A DNA stretch of 44,029 bases from Chiloscyllium plagiosum. Taxonomy: Eukaryota. Where the stretch lies: NCBI RefSeq assembly GCF_004010195.1, contig NW_025214458.1, forward strand, positions 1 to 44,029, given 5' to 3'. This document shows positions 10,301 through 22,867 of this stretch, one piece after another. The translations under genes and the position numbers were made by a program. The notes under the pieces were generated by a model that was given only the letters and a program-made list of their open reading frames with translations, was not told where the DNA came from and searched no databases. Position 1 is the stretch's first letter, and the number at the start of each line of letters is the position of its first letter.

Positions 10301-13300
10301 AGCTGCTCTCTCTCACTCTCTCTCTATAGCACTGTGAAGCTGCTCTCTCTCACTCTCTCTCTATAGCACTGTGAAGCTGCTCTCTCTCACTCTCTCTCTA
10401 TAGCACTGTGAAGCTGCTCTCTCTCACTCTCTCTCTATAGCACTGTGAAGCTGCTCTCTCTCACTCTCTCTCTATAGCACTGTGAAGCTGCTCTCTCTCA
10501 CTCTCTCTCTATAGCACTGTGAAGCTGCTCTCTCTCACTCTCTCTCTATAGCACTGTGAAGCTGCTCTCTCTCACTCTCTCTCTATAGCACTGTGAAGCT
10601 GCTCTCTCTCACTCTCTCTCTATAGCACTGTGAAGCTGCTCTCTCTCACTCTCTCTCTATAGCACTGTGAAGCTGCTCTCTCTCACTCTCTCTCTATAGC
10701 ACTGTGAAGCTGCTCTCTCTCACTCTCTCTCTATAGCACTGTGAAGCTGCTCTCTCTCACTCTCTCTCTATAGCACTGTGAAGCTGCTCTCTCTCACTCT
10801 CTCTCTATAGCACTGTGAAGCTGCTCTCTCTCACTCTCTCTATAGCACTGTGAAGCTGCTCTCTCTCACTCTCTCTCTATAGCACTGTGAAGCTGCTCTC
10901 TCTCACTCTCTCTCTATAGCACTGTGAAGCTGCTCTCTCTCACTCTCTCTCTATAGCACTGTGAAGCTGCTCTCTCTCACTCTCTCTCTATAGCACTGTG
11001 AAGCTGCTCTCTCTCACTCTCTCTCTATAGCACTGTGAAGCTGCTCTCTCTCACTCTCTCTCTATAGCACTGTGAAGCTGCTCTCTCTCACTCTCTCTCT
11101 ATAGCACTGTGAAGCTGCTCTCTCTCACTCTCTCTCTATAGCACTGTGAAGCTGCTCTCTCTCACTCTCTCTCTATAGCACTGTGAAGCTGCTCTCTCTC
11201 ACTCTCTCTCTATAGCACTGTGAAGCTGCTCTCTCTCACTCTCTCTCTATAGCACTGTGAAGCTGCTCTCTCTCACTCTCTCTCTATAGCACTGTGAAGC
11301 TGCTCTCTCTCACTCTCTCTCTATAGCACTGTGAAGCTGCTCTCTCTCACTCTCTCTCTATAGCACTGTGAAGCTGCTCTCTCTCACTCTCTCTCTATAG
11401 CACTGTGAAGCTGCTCTCTCTCACTCTCTCTCTATAGCACTGTGAAGCTGCTCTCTCTCACTCTCTCTATAGCACTGTGAAGCTGCTCTCTCTCACTCTC
11501 TCTCTATAGCACTGTGAAGCTGCTCTCTCTCACTCTCTCTCTATAGCACTGTGAAGCTGCTCTCTCTCACTCTCTCTCTATAGCACTGTGAAGCTGCTCT
11601 CTCTCACTCTCTCTCTATAGCACTGTGAAGCTGCTCTCTCTCACTCTCTCTCTATAGCACTGTGAAGCTGCTCTCTCTCACTCTCTCTCTATAGCACTGT
11701 GAAGCTGCTCTCTCTCACTCTCTCTCTATAGCACTGTGAAGCTGCTCTCTCTCACTCTCTCTCTATAGCACTGTGAAGCTGCTCTCTCTCACTCTCTCTC
11801 TATAGCACTGTGAAGCTGCTCTCTCTCACTCTCTCTCTATAGCACTGTGAAGCTGCTCTCTCTCACTCTCTCTCTATAGCACTGTGAAGCTGCTCTCTCT
11901 CACTCTCTCTCTATAGCACTGTGAAGCTGCTCTCTCTCACTCTCTCTCTATAGCACTGTGAAGCTGCTCTCTCTCACTCTCTCTCTATAGCACTGTGAAG
12001 CTGCTCTCTCTCACTCTCTCTCTATAGCACTGTGAAGCTGCTCTCTCTCACTCTCTCTCTATAGCACTGTGAAGCTGCTCTCTCTCACTCTCTCTATAGC
12101 ACTGTGAAGCTGCTCTCTCTCACTCTCTCTCTATAGCACTGTGAAGCTGCTCTCTCTCACTCTCTCTCTATAGCACTGTGAAGCTGCTCTCTCTCACTCT
12201 CTCTCTATAGCACTGTGAAGCTGCTCTCTCTCACTCTCTCTCTATAGCACTGTGAAGCTGCTCTCTCTCACTCTCTCTCTATAGCACTGTGAAGCTGCTC
12301 TCTCTCACTCTCTCTCTATAGCACTGTGAAGCTGCTCTCTCTCACTCTCTCTCTATAGCACTGTGAAGCTGCTCTCTCTCACTCTCTCTCTATAGCACTG
12401 TGAAGCTGCTCTCTCTCACTCTCTCTCTATAGCACTGTGAAGCTGCTCTCTCTCACTCTCTCTCTATAGCACTGTGAAGCTGCTCTCTCTCACTCTCTCT
12501 CTATAGCACTGTGAAGCTGCTCTCTCTCACTCTCTCTCTATAGCACTGTGAAGCTGCTCTCTCTCACTCTCTCTCTATAGCACTGTGAAGCTGCTCTCTC
12601 TCACTCTCTCTCTATAGCACTGTGAAGCTGCTCTCTCTCACTCTCTCTCTATAGCACTGTGAAGCTGCTCTCTCTCACTCTCTCTCTATAGCACTGTGAA
12701 GCTGCTCTCTCTCACTCTCTCTATAGCACTGTGAAGCTGCTCTCTCTCACTCTCTCTCTATAGCACTGTGAAGCTGCTCTCTCTCACTCTCTCTCTATAG
12801 CACTGTGAAGCTGCTCTCTCTCACTCTCTCTCTATAGCACTGTGAAGCTGCTCTCTCTCACTCTCTCTCTATAGCACTGTGAAGCTGCTCTCTCTCACTC
12901 TCTCTCTATAGCACTGTGAAGCTGCTCTCTCTCACTCTCTCTCTATAGCACTGTGAAGCTGCTCTCTCTCACTCTCTCTCTATAGCACTGTGAAGCTGCT
13001 CTCTCTCACTCTCTCTCTATAGCACTGTGAAGCTGCTCTCTCTCACTCTCTCTCTATAGCACTGTGAAGCTGCTCTCTCTCACTCTCTCTCTATAGCACT
13101 GTGAAGCTGCTCTCTCTCACTCTCTCTCTATAGCACTGTGAAGCTGCTCTCTCTCACTCTCTCTCTATAGCACTGTGAAGCTGCTCTCTCTCACTCTCTC
13201 TCTATAGCACTGTGAAGCTGCTCTCTCTCACTCTCTCTCTATAGCACTGTGAAGCTGCTCTCTCTCACTCTCTCTCTATAGCACTGTGAAGCTGCTCTCT

Positions 13301-16300
13301 CTCACTCTCTCTCTATAGCACTGTGAAGCTGCTCTCTCTCACTCTCTCTATAGCACTGTGAAGCTGCTCTCTCTCACTCTCTCTCTATAGCACTGTGAAG
13401 CTGCTCTCTCTCACTCTCTCTCTATAGCACTGTGAAGCTGCTCTCTCTCACTCTCTCTCTATAGCACTGTGAAGCTGCTCTCTCTCACTCTCTCTCTATA
13501 GCACTGTGAAGCTGCTCTCTCTCACTCTCTCTCTATAGCACTGTGAAGCTGCTCTCTCTCACTCTCTCTCTATAGCACTGTGAAGCTGCTCTCTCTCACT
13601 CTCTCTCTATAGCACTGTGAAGCTGCTCTCTCTCACTCTCTCTCTATAGCACTGTGAAGCTGCTCTCTCTCACTCTCTCTCTATAGCACTGTGAAGCTGC
13701 TCTCTCTCACTCTCTCTCTATAGCACTGTGAAGCTGCTCTCTCTCACTCTCTCTCTATAGCACTGTGAAGCTGCTCTCTCTCACTCTCTCTCTATAGCAC
13801 TGTGAAGCTGCTCTCTCTCACTCTCTCTCTATAGCACTGTGAAGCTGCTCTCTCTCACTCTCTCTCTATAGCACTGTGAAGCTGCTCTCTCTCACTCTCT
13901 CTCTATAGCACTGTGAAGCTGCTCTCTCTCACTCTCTCTCTATAGCACTGTGAAGCTGCTCTCTCTCACTCTCTCTATAGCACTGTGAAGCTGCTCTCTC
14001 TCACTCTCTCTCTATAGCACTGTGAAGCTGCTCTCTCTCACTCTCTCTCTATAGCACTGTGAAGCTGCTCTCTCTCACTCTCTCTCTATAGCACTGTGAA
14101 GCTGCTCTCTCTCACTCTCTCTCTATAGCACTGTGAAGCTGCTCTCTCTCACTCTCTCTCTATAGCACTGTGAAGCTGCTCTCTCTCACTCTCTCTCTAT
14201 AGCACTGTGAAGCTGCTCTCTCTCACTCTCTCTCTATAGCACTGTGAAGCTGCTCTCTCTCACTCTCTCTCTATAGCACTGTGAAGCTGCTCTCTCTCAC
14301 TCTCTCTCTATAGCACTGTGAAGCTGCTCTCTCTCACTCTCTCTCTATAGCACTGTGAAGCTGCTCTCTCTCACTCTCTCTCTATAGCACTGTGAAGCTG
14401 CTCTCTCTCACTCTCTCTCTATAGCACTGTGAAGCTGCTCTCTCTCACTCTCTCTCTATAGCACTGTGAAGCTGCTCTCTCTCACTCTCTCTCTATAGCA
14501 CTGTGAAGCTGCTCTCTCTCACTCTCTCTCTATAGCACTGTGAAGCTGCTCTCTCTCACTCTCTCTCTATAGCACTGTGAAGCTGCTCTCTCTCACTCTC
14601 TCTATAGCACTGTGAAGCTGCTCTCTCTCACTCTCTCTCTATAGCACTGTGAAGCTGCTCTCTCTCACTCTCTCTCTATAGCACTGTGAAGCTGCTCTCT
14701 CTCACTCTCTCTCTATAGCACTGTGAAGCTGCTCTCTCTCACTCTCTCTCTATAGCACTGTGAAGCTGCTCTCTCTCACTCTCTCTCTATAGCACTGTGA
14801 AGCTGCTCTCTCTCACTCTCTCTCTATAGCACTGTGAAGCTGCTCTCTCTCACTCTCTCTCTATAGCACTGTGAAGCTGCTCTCTCTCACTCTCTCTCTA
14901 TAGCACTGTGAAGCTGCTCTCTCTCACTCTCTCTCTATAGCACTGTGAAGCTGCTCTCTCTCACTCTCTCTCTATAGCACTGTGAAGCTGCTCTCTCTCA
15001 CTCTCTCTCTATAGCACTGTGAAGCTGCTCTCTCTCACTCTCTCTCTATAGCACTGTGAAGCTGCTCTCTCTCACTCTCTCTCTATAGCACTGTGAAGCT
15101 GCTCTCTCTCACTCTCTCTCTATAGCACTGTGAAGCTGCTCTCTCTCACTCTCTCTCTATAGCACTGTGAAGCTGCTCTCTCTCACTCTCTCTCTATAGC
15201 ACTGTGAAGCTGCTCTCTCTCACTCTCTCTATAGCACTGTGAAGCTGCTCTCTCTCACTCTCTCTCTATAGCACTGTGAAGCTGCTCTCTCTCACTCTCT
15301 CTCTATAGCACTGTGAAGCTGCTCTCTCTCACTCTCTCTCTATAGCACTGTGAAGCTGCTCTCTCTCACTCTCTCTCTATAGCACTGTGAAGCTGCTCTC
15401 TCTCACTCTCTCTCTATAGCACTGTGAAGCTGCTCTCTCTCACTCTCTCTCTATAGCACTGTGAAGCTGCTCTCTCTCACTCTCTCTCTATAGCACTGTG
15501 AAGCTGCTCTCTCTCACTCTCTCTCTATAGCACTGTGAAGCTGCTCTCTCTCACTCTCTCTCTATAGCACTGTGAAGCTGCTCTCTCTCACTCTCTCTCT
15601 ATAGCACTGTGAAGCTGCTCTCTCTCACTCTCTCTCTATAGCACTGTGAAGCTGCTCTCTCTCACTCTCTCTCTATAGCACTGTGAAGCTGCTCTCTCTC
15701 ACTCTCTCTCTATAGCACTGTGAAGCTGCTCTCTCTCACTCTCTCTCTATAGCACTGTGAAGCTGCTCTCTCTCACTCTCTCTCTATAGCACTGTGAAGC
15801 TGCTCTCTCTCACTCTCTCTCTATAGCACTGTGAAGCTGCTCTCTCTCACTCTCTCTATAGCACTGTGAAGCTGCTCTCTCTCACTCTCTCTCTATAGCA
15901 CTGTGAAGCTGCTCTCTCTCACTCTCTCTCTATAGCACTGTGAAGCTGCTCTCTCTCACTCTCTCTCTATAGCACTGTGAAGCTGCTCTCTCTCACTCTC
16001 TCTCTATAGCACTGTGAAGCTGCTCTCTCTCACTCTCTCTCTATAGCACTGTGAAGCTGCTCTCTCTCACTCTCTCTCTATAGCACTGTGAAGCTGCTCT
16101 CTCTCACTCTCTCTCTATAGCACTGTGAAGCTGCTCTCTCTCACTCTCTCTCTATAGCACTGTGAAGCTGCTCTCTCTCACTCTCTCTCTATAGCACTGT
16201 GAAGCTGCTCTCTCTCACTCTCTCTCTATAGCACTGTGAAGCTGCTCTCTCTCACTCTCTCTCTATAGCACTGTGAAGCTGCTCTCTCTCACTCTCTCTC

Positions 16301-18984
16301 TATAGCACTGTGAAGCTGCTCTCTCTCACTCTCTCTCTATAGCACTGTGAAGCTGCTCTCTCTCACTCTCTCTCTATAGCACTGTGAAGCTGCTCTCTCT
16401 CACTCTCTCTCTATAGCACTGTGAAGCTGCTCTCTCTCACTCTCTCTCTATAGCACTGTGAAGCTGCTCTCTCTCACTCTCTCTATAGCACTGTGAAGCT
16501 GCTCTCTCTCACTCTCTCTCTATAGCACTGTGAAGCTGCTCTCTCTCACTCTCTCTCTATAGCACTGTGAAGCTGCTCTCTCTCACTCTCTCTCTATAGC
16601 ACTGTGAAGCTGCTCTCTCTCACTCTCTCTCTATAGCACTGTGAAGCTGCTCTCTCTCACTCTCTCTCTATAGCACTGTGAAGCTGCTCTCTCTCACTCT
16701 CTCTCTATAGCACTGTGAAGCTGCTCTCTCTCACTCTCTCTCTATAGCACTGTGAAGCTGCTCTCTCTCACTCTCTCTCTATAGCACTGTGAAGCTGCTC
16801 TCTCTCACTCTCTCTCTATAGCACTGTGAAGCTGCTCTCTCTCACTCTCTCTCTATAGCACTGTGAAGCTGCTCTCTCTCACTCTCTCTCTATAGCACTG
16901 TGAAGCTGCTCTCTCTCACTCTCTCTCTATAGCACTGTGAAGCTGCTCTCTCTCACTCTCTCTCTATAGCACTGTGAAGCTGCTCTCTCTCACTCTCTCT
17001 CTATAGCACTGTGAAGCTGCTCTCTCTCACTCTCTCTCTATAGCACTGTGAAGCTGCTCTCTCTCACTCTCTCTCTATAGCACTGTGAAGCTGCTCTCTC
17101 TCACTCTCTCTATAGCACTGTGAAGCTGCTCTCTCTCACTCTCTCTCTATAGCACTGTGAAGCTGCTCTCTCTCACTCTCTCTCTATAGCACTGTGAAGC
17201 TGCTCTCTCTCACTCTCTCTCTATAGCACTGTGAAGCTGCTCTCTCTCACTCTCTCTCTATAGCACTGTGAAGCTGCTCTCTCTCACTCTCTCTCTATAG
17301 CACTGTGAAGCTGCTCTCTCTCACTCTCTCTCTATAGCACTGTGAAGCTGCTCTCTCTCACTCTCTCTCTATAGCACTGTGAAGCTGCTCTCTCTCACTC
17401 TCTCTCTATAGCACTGTGAAGCTGCTCTCTCTCACTCTCTCTCTATAGCACTGTGAAGCTGCTCTCTCTCACTCTCTCTCTATAGCACTGTGAAGCTGCT
17501 CTCTCTCACTCTCTCTCTATAGCACTGTGAAGCTGCTCTCTCTCACTCTCTCTCTATAGCACTGTGAAGCTGCTCTCTCTCACTCTCTCTCTATAGCACT
17601 GTGAAGCTGCTCTCTCTCACTCTCTCTCTATAGCACTGTGAAGCTGCTCTCTCTCACTCTCTCTCTATAGCACTGTGAAGCTGCTCTCTCTCACTCTCTC
17701 TCTATAGCACTGTGAAGCTGCTCTCTCTCACTCTCTCTATAGCACTGTGAAGCTGCTCTCTCTCACTCTCTCTCTATAGCACTGTGAAGCTGCTCTCTCT
17801 CACTCTCTCTCTATAGCACTGTGAAGCTGCTCTCTCTCACTCTCTCTCTATAGCACTGTGAAGCTGCTCTCTCTCACTCTCTCTCTATAGCACTGTGAAG
17901 CTGCTCTCTCTCACTCTCTCTCTATAGCACTGTGAAGCTGCTCTCTCTCACTCTCTCTCTATAGCACTGTGAAGCTGCTCTCTCTCACTCTCTCTCTATA
18001 GCACTGTGAAGCTGCTCTCTCTCACTCTCTCTCTATAGCACTGTGAAGCTGCTCTCTCTCACTCTCTCTCTATAGCACTGTGAAGCTGCTCTCTCTCACT
18101 CTCTCTCTATAGCACTGTGAAGCTGCTCTCTCTCACTCTCTCTCTATAGCACTGTGAAGCTGCTCTCTCTCACTCTCTCTCTATAGCACTGTGAAGCTGC
18201 TCTCTCTCACTCTCTCTCTATAGCACTGTGAAGCTGCTCTCTCTCACTCTCTCTCTATAGCACTGTGAAGCTGCTCTCTCTCACTCTCTCTCTATAGCAC
18301 TGTGAAGCTGCTCTCTCTCACTCTCTCTCTATAGCACTGTGAAGCTGCTCTCTCTCACTCTCTCTATAGCACTGTGAAGCTGCTCTCTCTCACTCTCTCT
18401 CTATAGCACTGTGAAGCTGCTCTCTCTCACTCTCTCTCTATAGCACTGTGAAGCTGCTCTCTCTCACTCTCTCTCTATAGCACTGTGAAGCTGCTCTCTC
18501 TCACTCTCTCTCTATAGCACTGTGAAGCTGCTCTCTCTCACTCTCTCTCTATAGCACTGTGAAGCTGCTCTCTCTCACTCTCTCTCTATAGCACTGTGAA
18601 GCTGCTCTCTCTCACTCTCTCTCTATAGCACTGTGAAGCTGCTCTCTCTCACTCTCTCTCTATAGCACTGTGAAGCTGCTCTCTCTCACTCTCTCTCTAT
18701 AGCACTGTGAAGCTGCTCTCTCTCACTCTCTCTCTATAGCACTGTGAAGCTGCTCTCTCTCACTCTCTCTCTATAGCACTGTGAAGCTGCTCTCTCTCAC
18801 TCTCTCTCTATAGCACTGTGAAGCTGCTCTCTCTCACTCTCTCTCTATAGCACTGTGAAGCTGCTCTCTCTCACTCTCTCTCTATAGCACTGTGAAGCTG
18901 CTCTCTCTCACTCTCTCTCTATAGCACTGTGAAGCTGCTCTCTCTCACTCTCTCTCTATAGCACTGTGAAGCTGCTCTCTCTCT
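1375..18984. repeat. Satellite A: 37-bp tandem repeat AGCACTGTGAAGCTGCTCTCTCTCACTCTCTCTCTAT (about 475-480 units; the 35-bp variant lacks one CT)
   Basis: Direct reading: GTGAAG recurs at 2401 and 2438 (37 bp); GCACT at 1801 and 1836 (35 bp). The interior is essentially invariant. Confidence 0.99.
5817..18984. repeat. 627-bp higher-order repeat (17-mer: 16x37 + 1x35), 21 periods
   Basis: The 35-bp variant has its central A at 5817, 6444, 7071, 7698, 8325, 8952, 9579, 10206, 10833, 11460, 12087 ... 18357, a constant 627-bp spacing. The same spacing occurs at 3381, 4008 and 4635. Confidence 0.9.
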
Positions 18985-21900
18985 GATGGTTACTGTACAG
19001 TGGGATGTATGTCGGGATGTGATGGTTACTGTACAGTGGGATGTATGTCAGGCCGTTACGGTTACTGTACAGTGGGAGGTGTGTCGGGGTGTGATGGTTA
19101 TTGTACAATGGGAGGTTTTTCTGGCATTGATGATTATTGTACAGTGTGAGGTGTGTCGGTCCGTGATGGTTACTGTACAGTGGGAGGTAAGTCGGGCCGT
19201 GATGTTTACTGTACAGTGGTGGGTTAATTCGGGCCGTGATGGTAACTGTACAGTTGGAGGTATGTCGGGTTGTAATGGTTACTGTACAGTGGGATGTTTG
19301 TCGGGCATGACGGTTACTGTACAGTGGGAGGTATGTCGGTCCGTGATGGTTACTGTACAGTGGAAAGTATGTCGGGACATGACTGTTACTGTACAGTTGG
19401 AGGTATTCCGGGCCGTGATGGTTACTGTATAGTGGGAGGTATGTCGGGCCGCGATGCTTACTGTACATTGGGTGGAATGCCAGGCCGTGTTGGTTACTGT
19501 ACAGTGGGAGGTATGTCGGGCCGTGATGGTTACTGTTCAGTGGGAGGTACGTAAGGCCATGATGGTTACTGTACAGTGGTAGGTAAGTCGGGCCGTGATG
19601 GTTACTGCACAGTGGGTGGTATGTCGGGACGTGATGTTTACTGTACAGTGGTGGGTTAATTCGGGCCGTGATGGTAACTGTACAGTTGGAGGTATGTCGG
19701 GTTGTAATGGTTACTGTACAGTGGGATGTGTGTCGGGCCATGACGGTTACTGTACAGTGGGAGGTATGTCCGACCGTGATGGTTACTGTACAGTGGGAGG
19801 TACGTCGGGACGTGACCGTTACTGTCCAGTGGGTGGCATTTCGGGCCGAGAATGTTACTGTGCAGTGGGAGGTATGTTCGGCCGTGATGGTAACTGTACA
19901 GTGGGAGGTATGTCGGCCATGATTTTTACTTTACAGTTGGAGGTATGTCGGGCCGTGACGGTTACTGTACAGTGGGAGGTATGTCCGACCGTGATGGTTT
20001 CTGTACAGTGGGAGGTACGTCGGGACGTGACGGTTACTGTACAGTGGGTGGCATTTCGGGCCGAGAATGTTACTGTACAGTGGGACGTATGTCGGCCATG
20101 ATTGTTACTTTACAGTGGGAGGTATGTCGGGCCGTGACGGTTACTGTACAGTGGGAGGTATGTCAGGCCGTGATGGTTACTATACAGTGGAATGTATGTC
20201 GGGCCGTGACGGTTCCTGTGCATGGGAGGTATGTCGGTATGTGATGGTTACTGTACAGTGGGAGGTATGTCGGACAGTGATGGTTACTGTACAGTGGGAG
20301 GTGTTTAGGGCCGTGTTGGTTATTGTACATTGGGGGGTATGTTGAGCTGTGATGGTTACTGTATAGTTGGAGGTATGTCGGGCCGTGATGGTTAGTGCAC
20401 AGTGGGAGGAATATTGGGCCGTGATGGTTACTGTACAGTGGGATGTGTGTCGGGCGGCGATCCTTGCTGTACAGTGAGAGGTATGTCGGGCCGTGATGGT
20501 TACTGTACAGTGGAAGGTATGTCGGGCCATGATGATGATTGGACAGTGGGGGGAATTTTGGGCTGTGATGGTTCCTGTACAGTTGGAGGTATGTCCGGCA
20601 GTGATGGCTACTGCACAATGTGAGCGATGTCAGGCCGTGACGATTTCTGTACAGGGGGAGGTGTGTCGATCCGTGATGGTTACTGTACTGTGGGAGGTAT
20701 GTCGGACTGTGATAGTTACTGGACAGTGGGAGGTATGTTGGGGTGTGATGGTTACTATACAGTGGCATTTGTGTTGGGCCGTGATGTTTACTGTACAGTT
20801 GGAGGTATTCCGGGCCGTGATGGTTACTGTATAGTGGGAGGTATGTCGGGCCGCGATGCTTACTGGACAGTGGGCGGAATTGCGGGGCCGTGTTGGTTAC
20901 TGTACAGTGGGAGGTATGTCAGGCCGTGATGGTTACTGTTCAGTGGGAGGTCCGTGAGGCCATGATGGTTACTGTGCAGTGGGAGGTAATTCGGGCCGAG
21001 ATGGTTACTGTACAGTGAGTGGTATGTCGGGCCGTGATGTTTACTGTACAGTGGTGCGTTAATTCGGGCTGTGATGGTAACTGTACAGTGGGAGGTATGT
21101 CGGGTTGTGATAGTTACTGTACAGTGGGAGCTGTGTCGGGCCGTGACGGTTATAGTACAATGTGAGGTATGTCGCACCGTGATGGTTTATGTACAGTGGG
21201 AGGTATATCGGGCCGTGATGGTTACTGTACAGTGGATGGCATTCGGGCCGTGATGTTTACTGTACAGTGGGAGGTGTGTCAGTCCGTGATGGTTACTGTA
21301 CAGTGGGAGGTATGTCCGACCGTGATGGTTACTGGACAGTGGGTGGCATTTCGGGCCGTGAATGTAACTGTACAGTGGGTGGCATGTCGGGCCGTGATTG
21401 TTCCTGTCCACTGGGAGGTATGTCGGGCCGTGACAGTTACTTTACAGTGGGAGGTATGTCGAGCCGTGACTATTACTGTACAGTGGGTAGGTATGTTAGG
21501 CCGCGACTGTTACTGTACAGTGGGAGGTATGTCGGGCTATGACTATTATTGTACAGTGGGAGGTATTTCGGTGTGTGATGGCTACTGCACAGTGGGACGT
21601 ATGTCGGGCCGTAACGGTTACTCTGCAGTGGGAGTTGTGTCAGGCCGTGATGGTTACTGTACAGTGTGAGGTATTTTAGGCCGTGACTGTTACTGTACAG
21701 TGGGATGTATGTCGGGCCGTGACGGTTACTGTACAGTGGGGGTTATATCATTGTGTGTTGAATACTGTATAGTGGGAGGTATGTCGGTACGTGATGGTTA
21801 CTCTATAGTGGGAGGAATGTCAGGCCGTGACTGTTACTGTACAGTGAATGGCATTTCGGGCCGTGATGTTTACTGTACAGTGGGAGGTATGTTGGGCCGT

Positions 21901-22138
21901 GATGGTTACTGTATCGTGCGAGGTATGTCAGGCCGTTATGGTTACTGTACAGTGGGAGGTGTGTCGGGGTGTGATGGTTACTCTGCATTGGTAAGTTTGT
22001 CGGGCGTGACGGTTACTGTACAGTTGAGGCATGTTGGTATGTGATGTTTACTCTACAGTGGGAGGTATGTCGGGCCGTGATGGATACTGTACAGTGGGTG
22101 GTATGAGGGGCCGTGATGGTTACTGTACAGTGGGAGGT

Positions 22139-22867
22139 NNNNNNNNNNNNNNNNNNNNNNNNNNNNNNNNNNNNNNNNNNNNNNNNNNNNNNNNNNNNNN
22201 NNNNNNNNNNNNNNNNNNNNNNNNNNNNNNNNNNNNNNNNNNNNNNNNNNNNNNNNNNNNNNNNNNNNNNNNNNNNNNNNNNNNNNNNNNNNNNNNNNNN
22301 NNNNNNNNNNNNNNNNNNNNNNNNNNNNNNNNNNNNNNNNNNNNNNNNNNNNNNNNNNNNNNNNNNNNNNNNNNNNNNNNNNNNNNNNNNNNNNNNNNNN
22401 NNNNNNNNNNNNNNNNNNNNNNNNNNNNNNNNNNNNNNNNNNNNNNNNNNNNNNNNNNNNNNNNNNNNNNNNNNNNNNNNNNNNNNNNNNNNNNNNNNNN
22501 NNNNNNNNNNNNNNNNNNNNNNNNNNNNNNNNNNNNNNNNNNNNNNNNNNNNNNNNNNNNNNNNNNNNNNNNNNNNNNNNNNNNNNNNNNNNNNNNNNNN
22601 NNNNNNNNNNNNNNNNNNNNNNNNNNNNNNNNNNNNNNNNNNNNNNNNNNNNNNNNNNNNNNNNNNNNNNNNNNNNNNNNNNNNNNNNNNNNNNNNNNNN
22701 NNNNNNNNNNNNNNNNNNNNNNNNNNNNNNNNNNNNNNNNNNNNNNNNNNNNNNNNNNNNNNNNNNNNNNNNNNNNNNNNNNNNNNNNNNNNNNNNNNNN
22801 NNNNNNNNNNNNNNNNNNNNNNNNNNNNNNNNNNNNNNNNNNNNNNNNNNNNNNNNNNNNNNNNNNN
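22139..22867. other. Assembly gap (729 N)
   Basis: Run of N. Confidence 1.
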
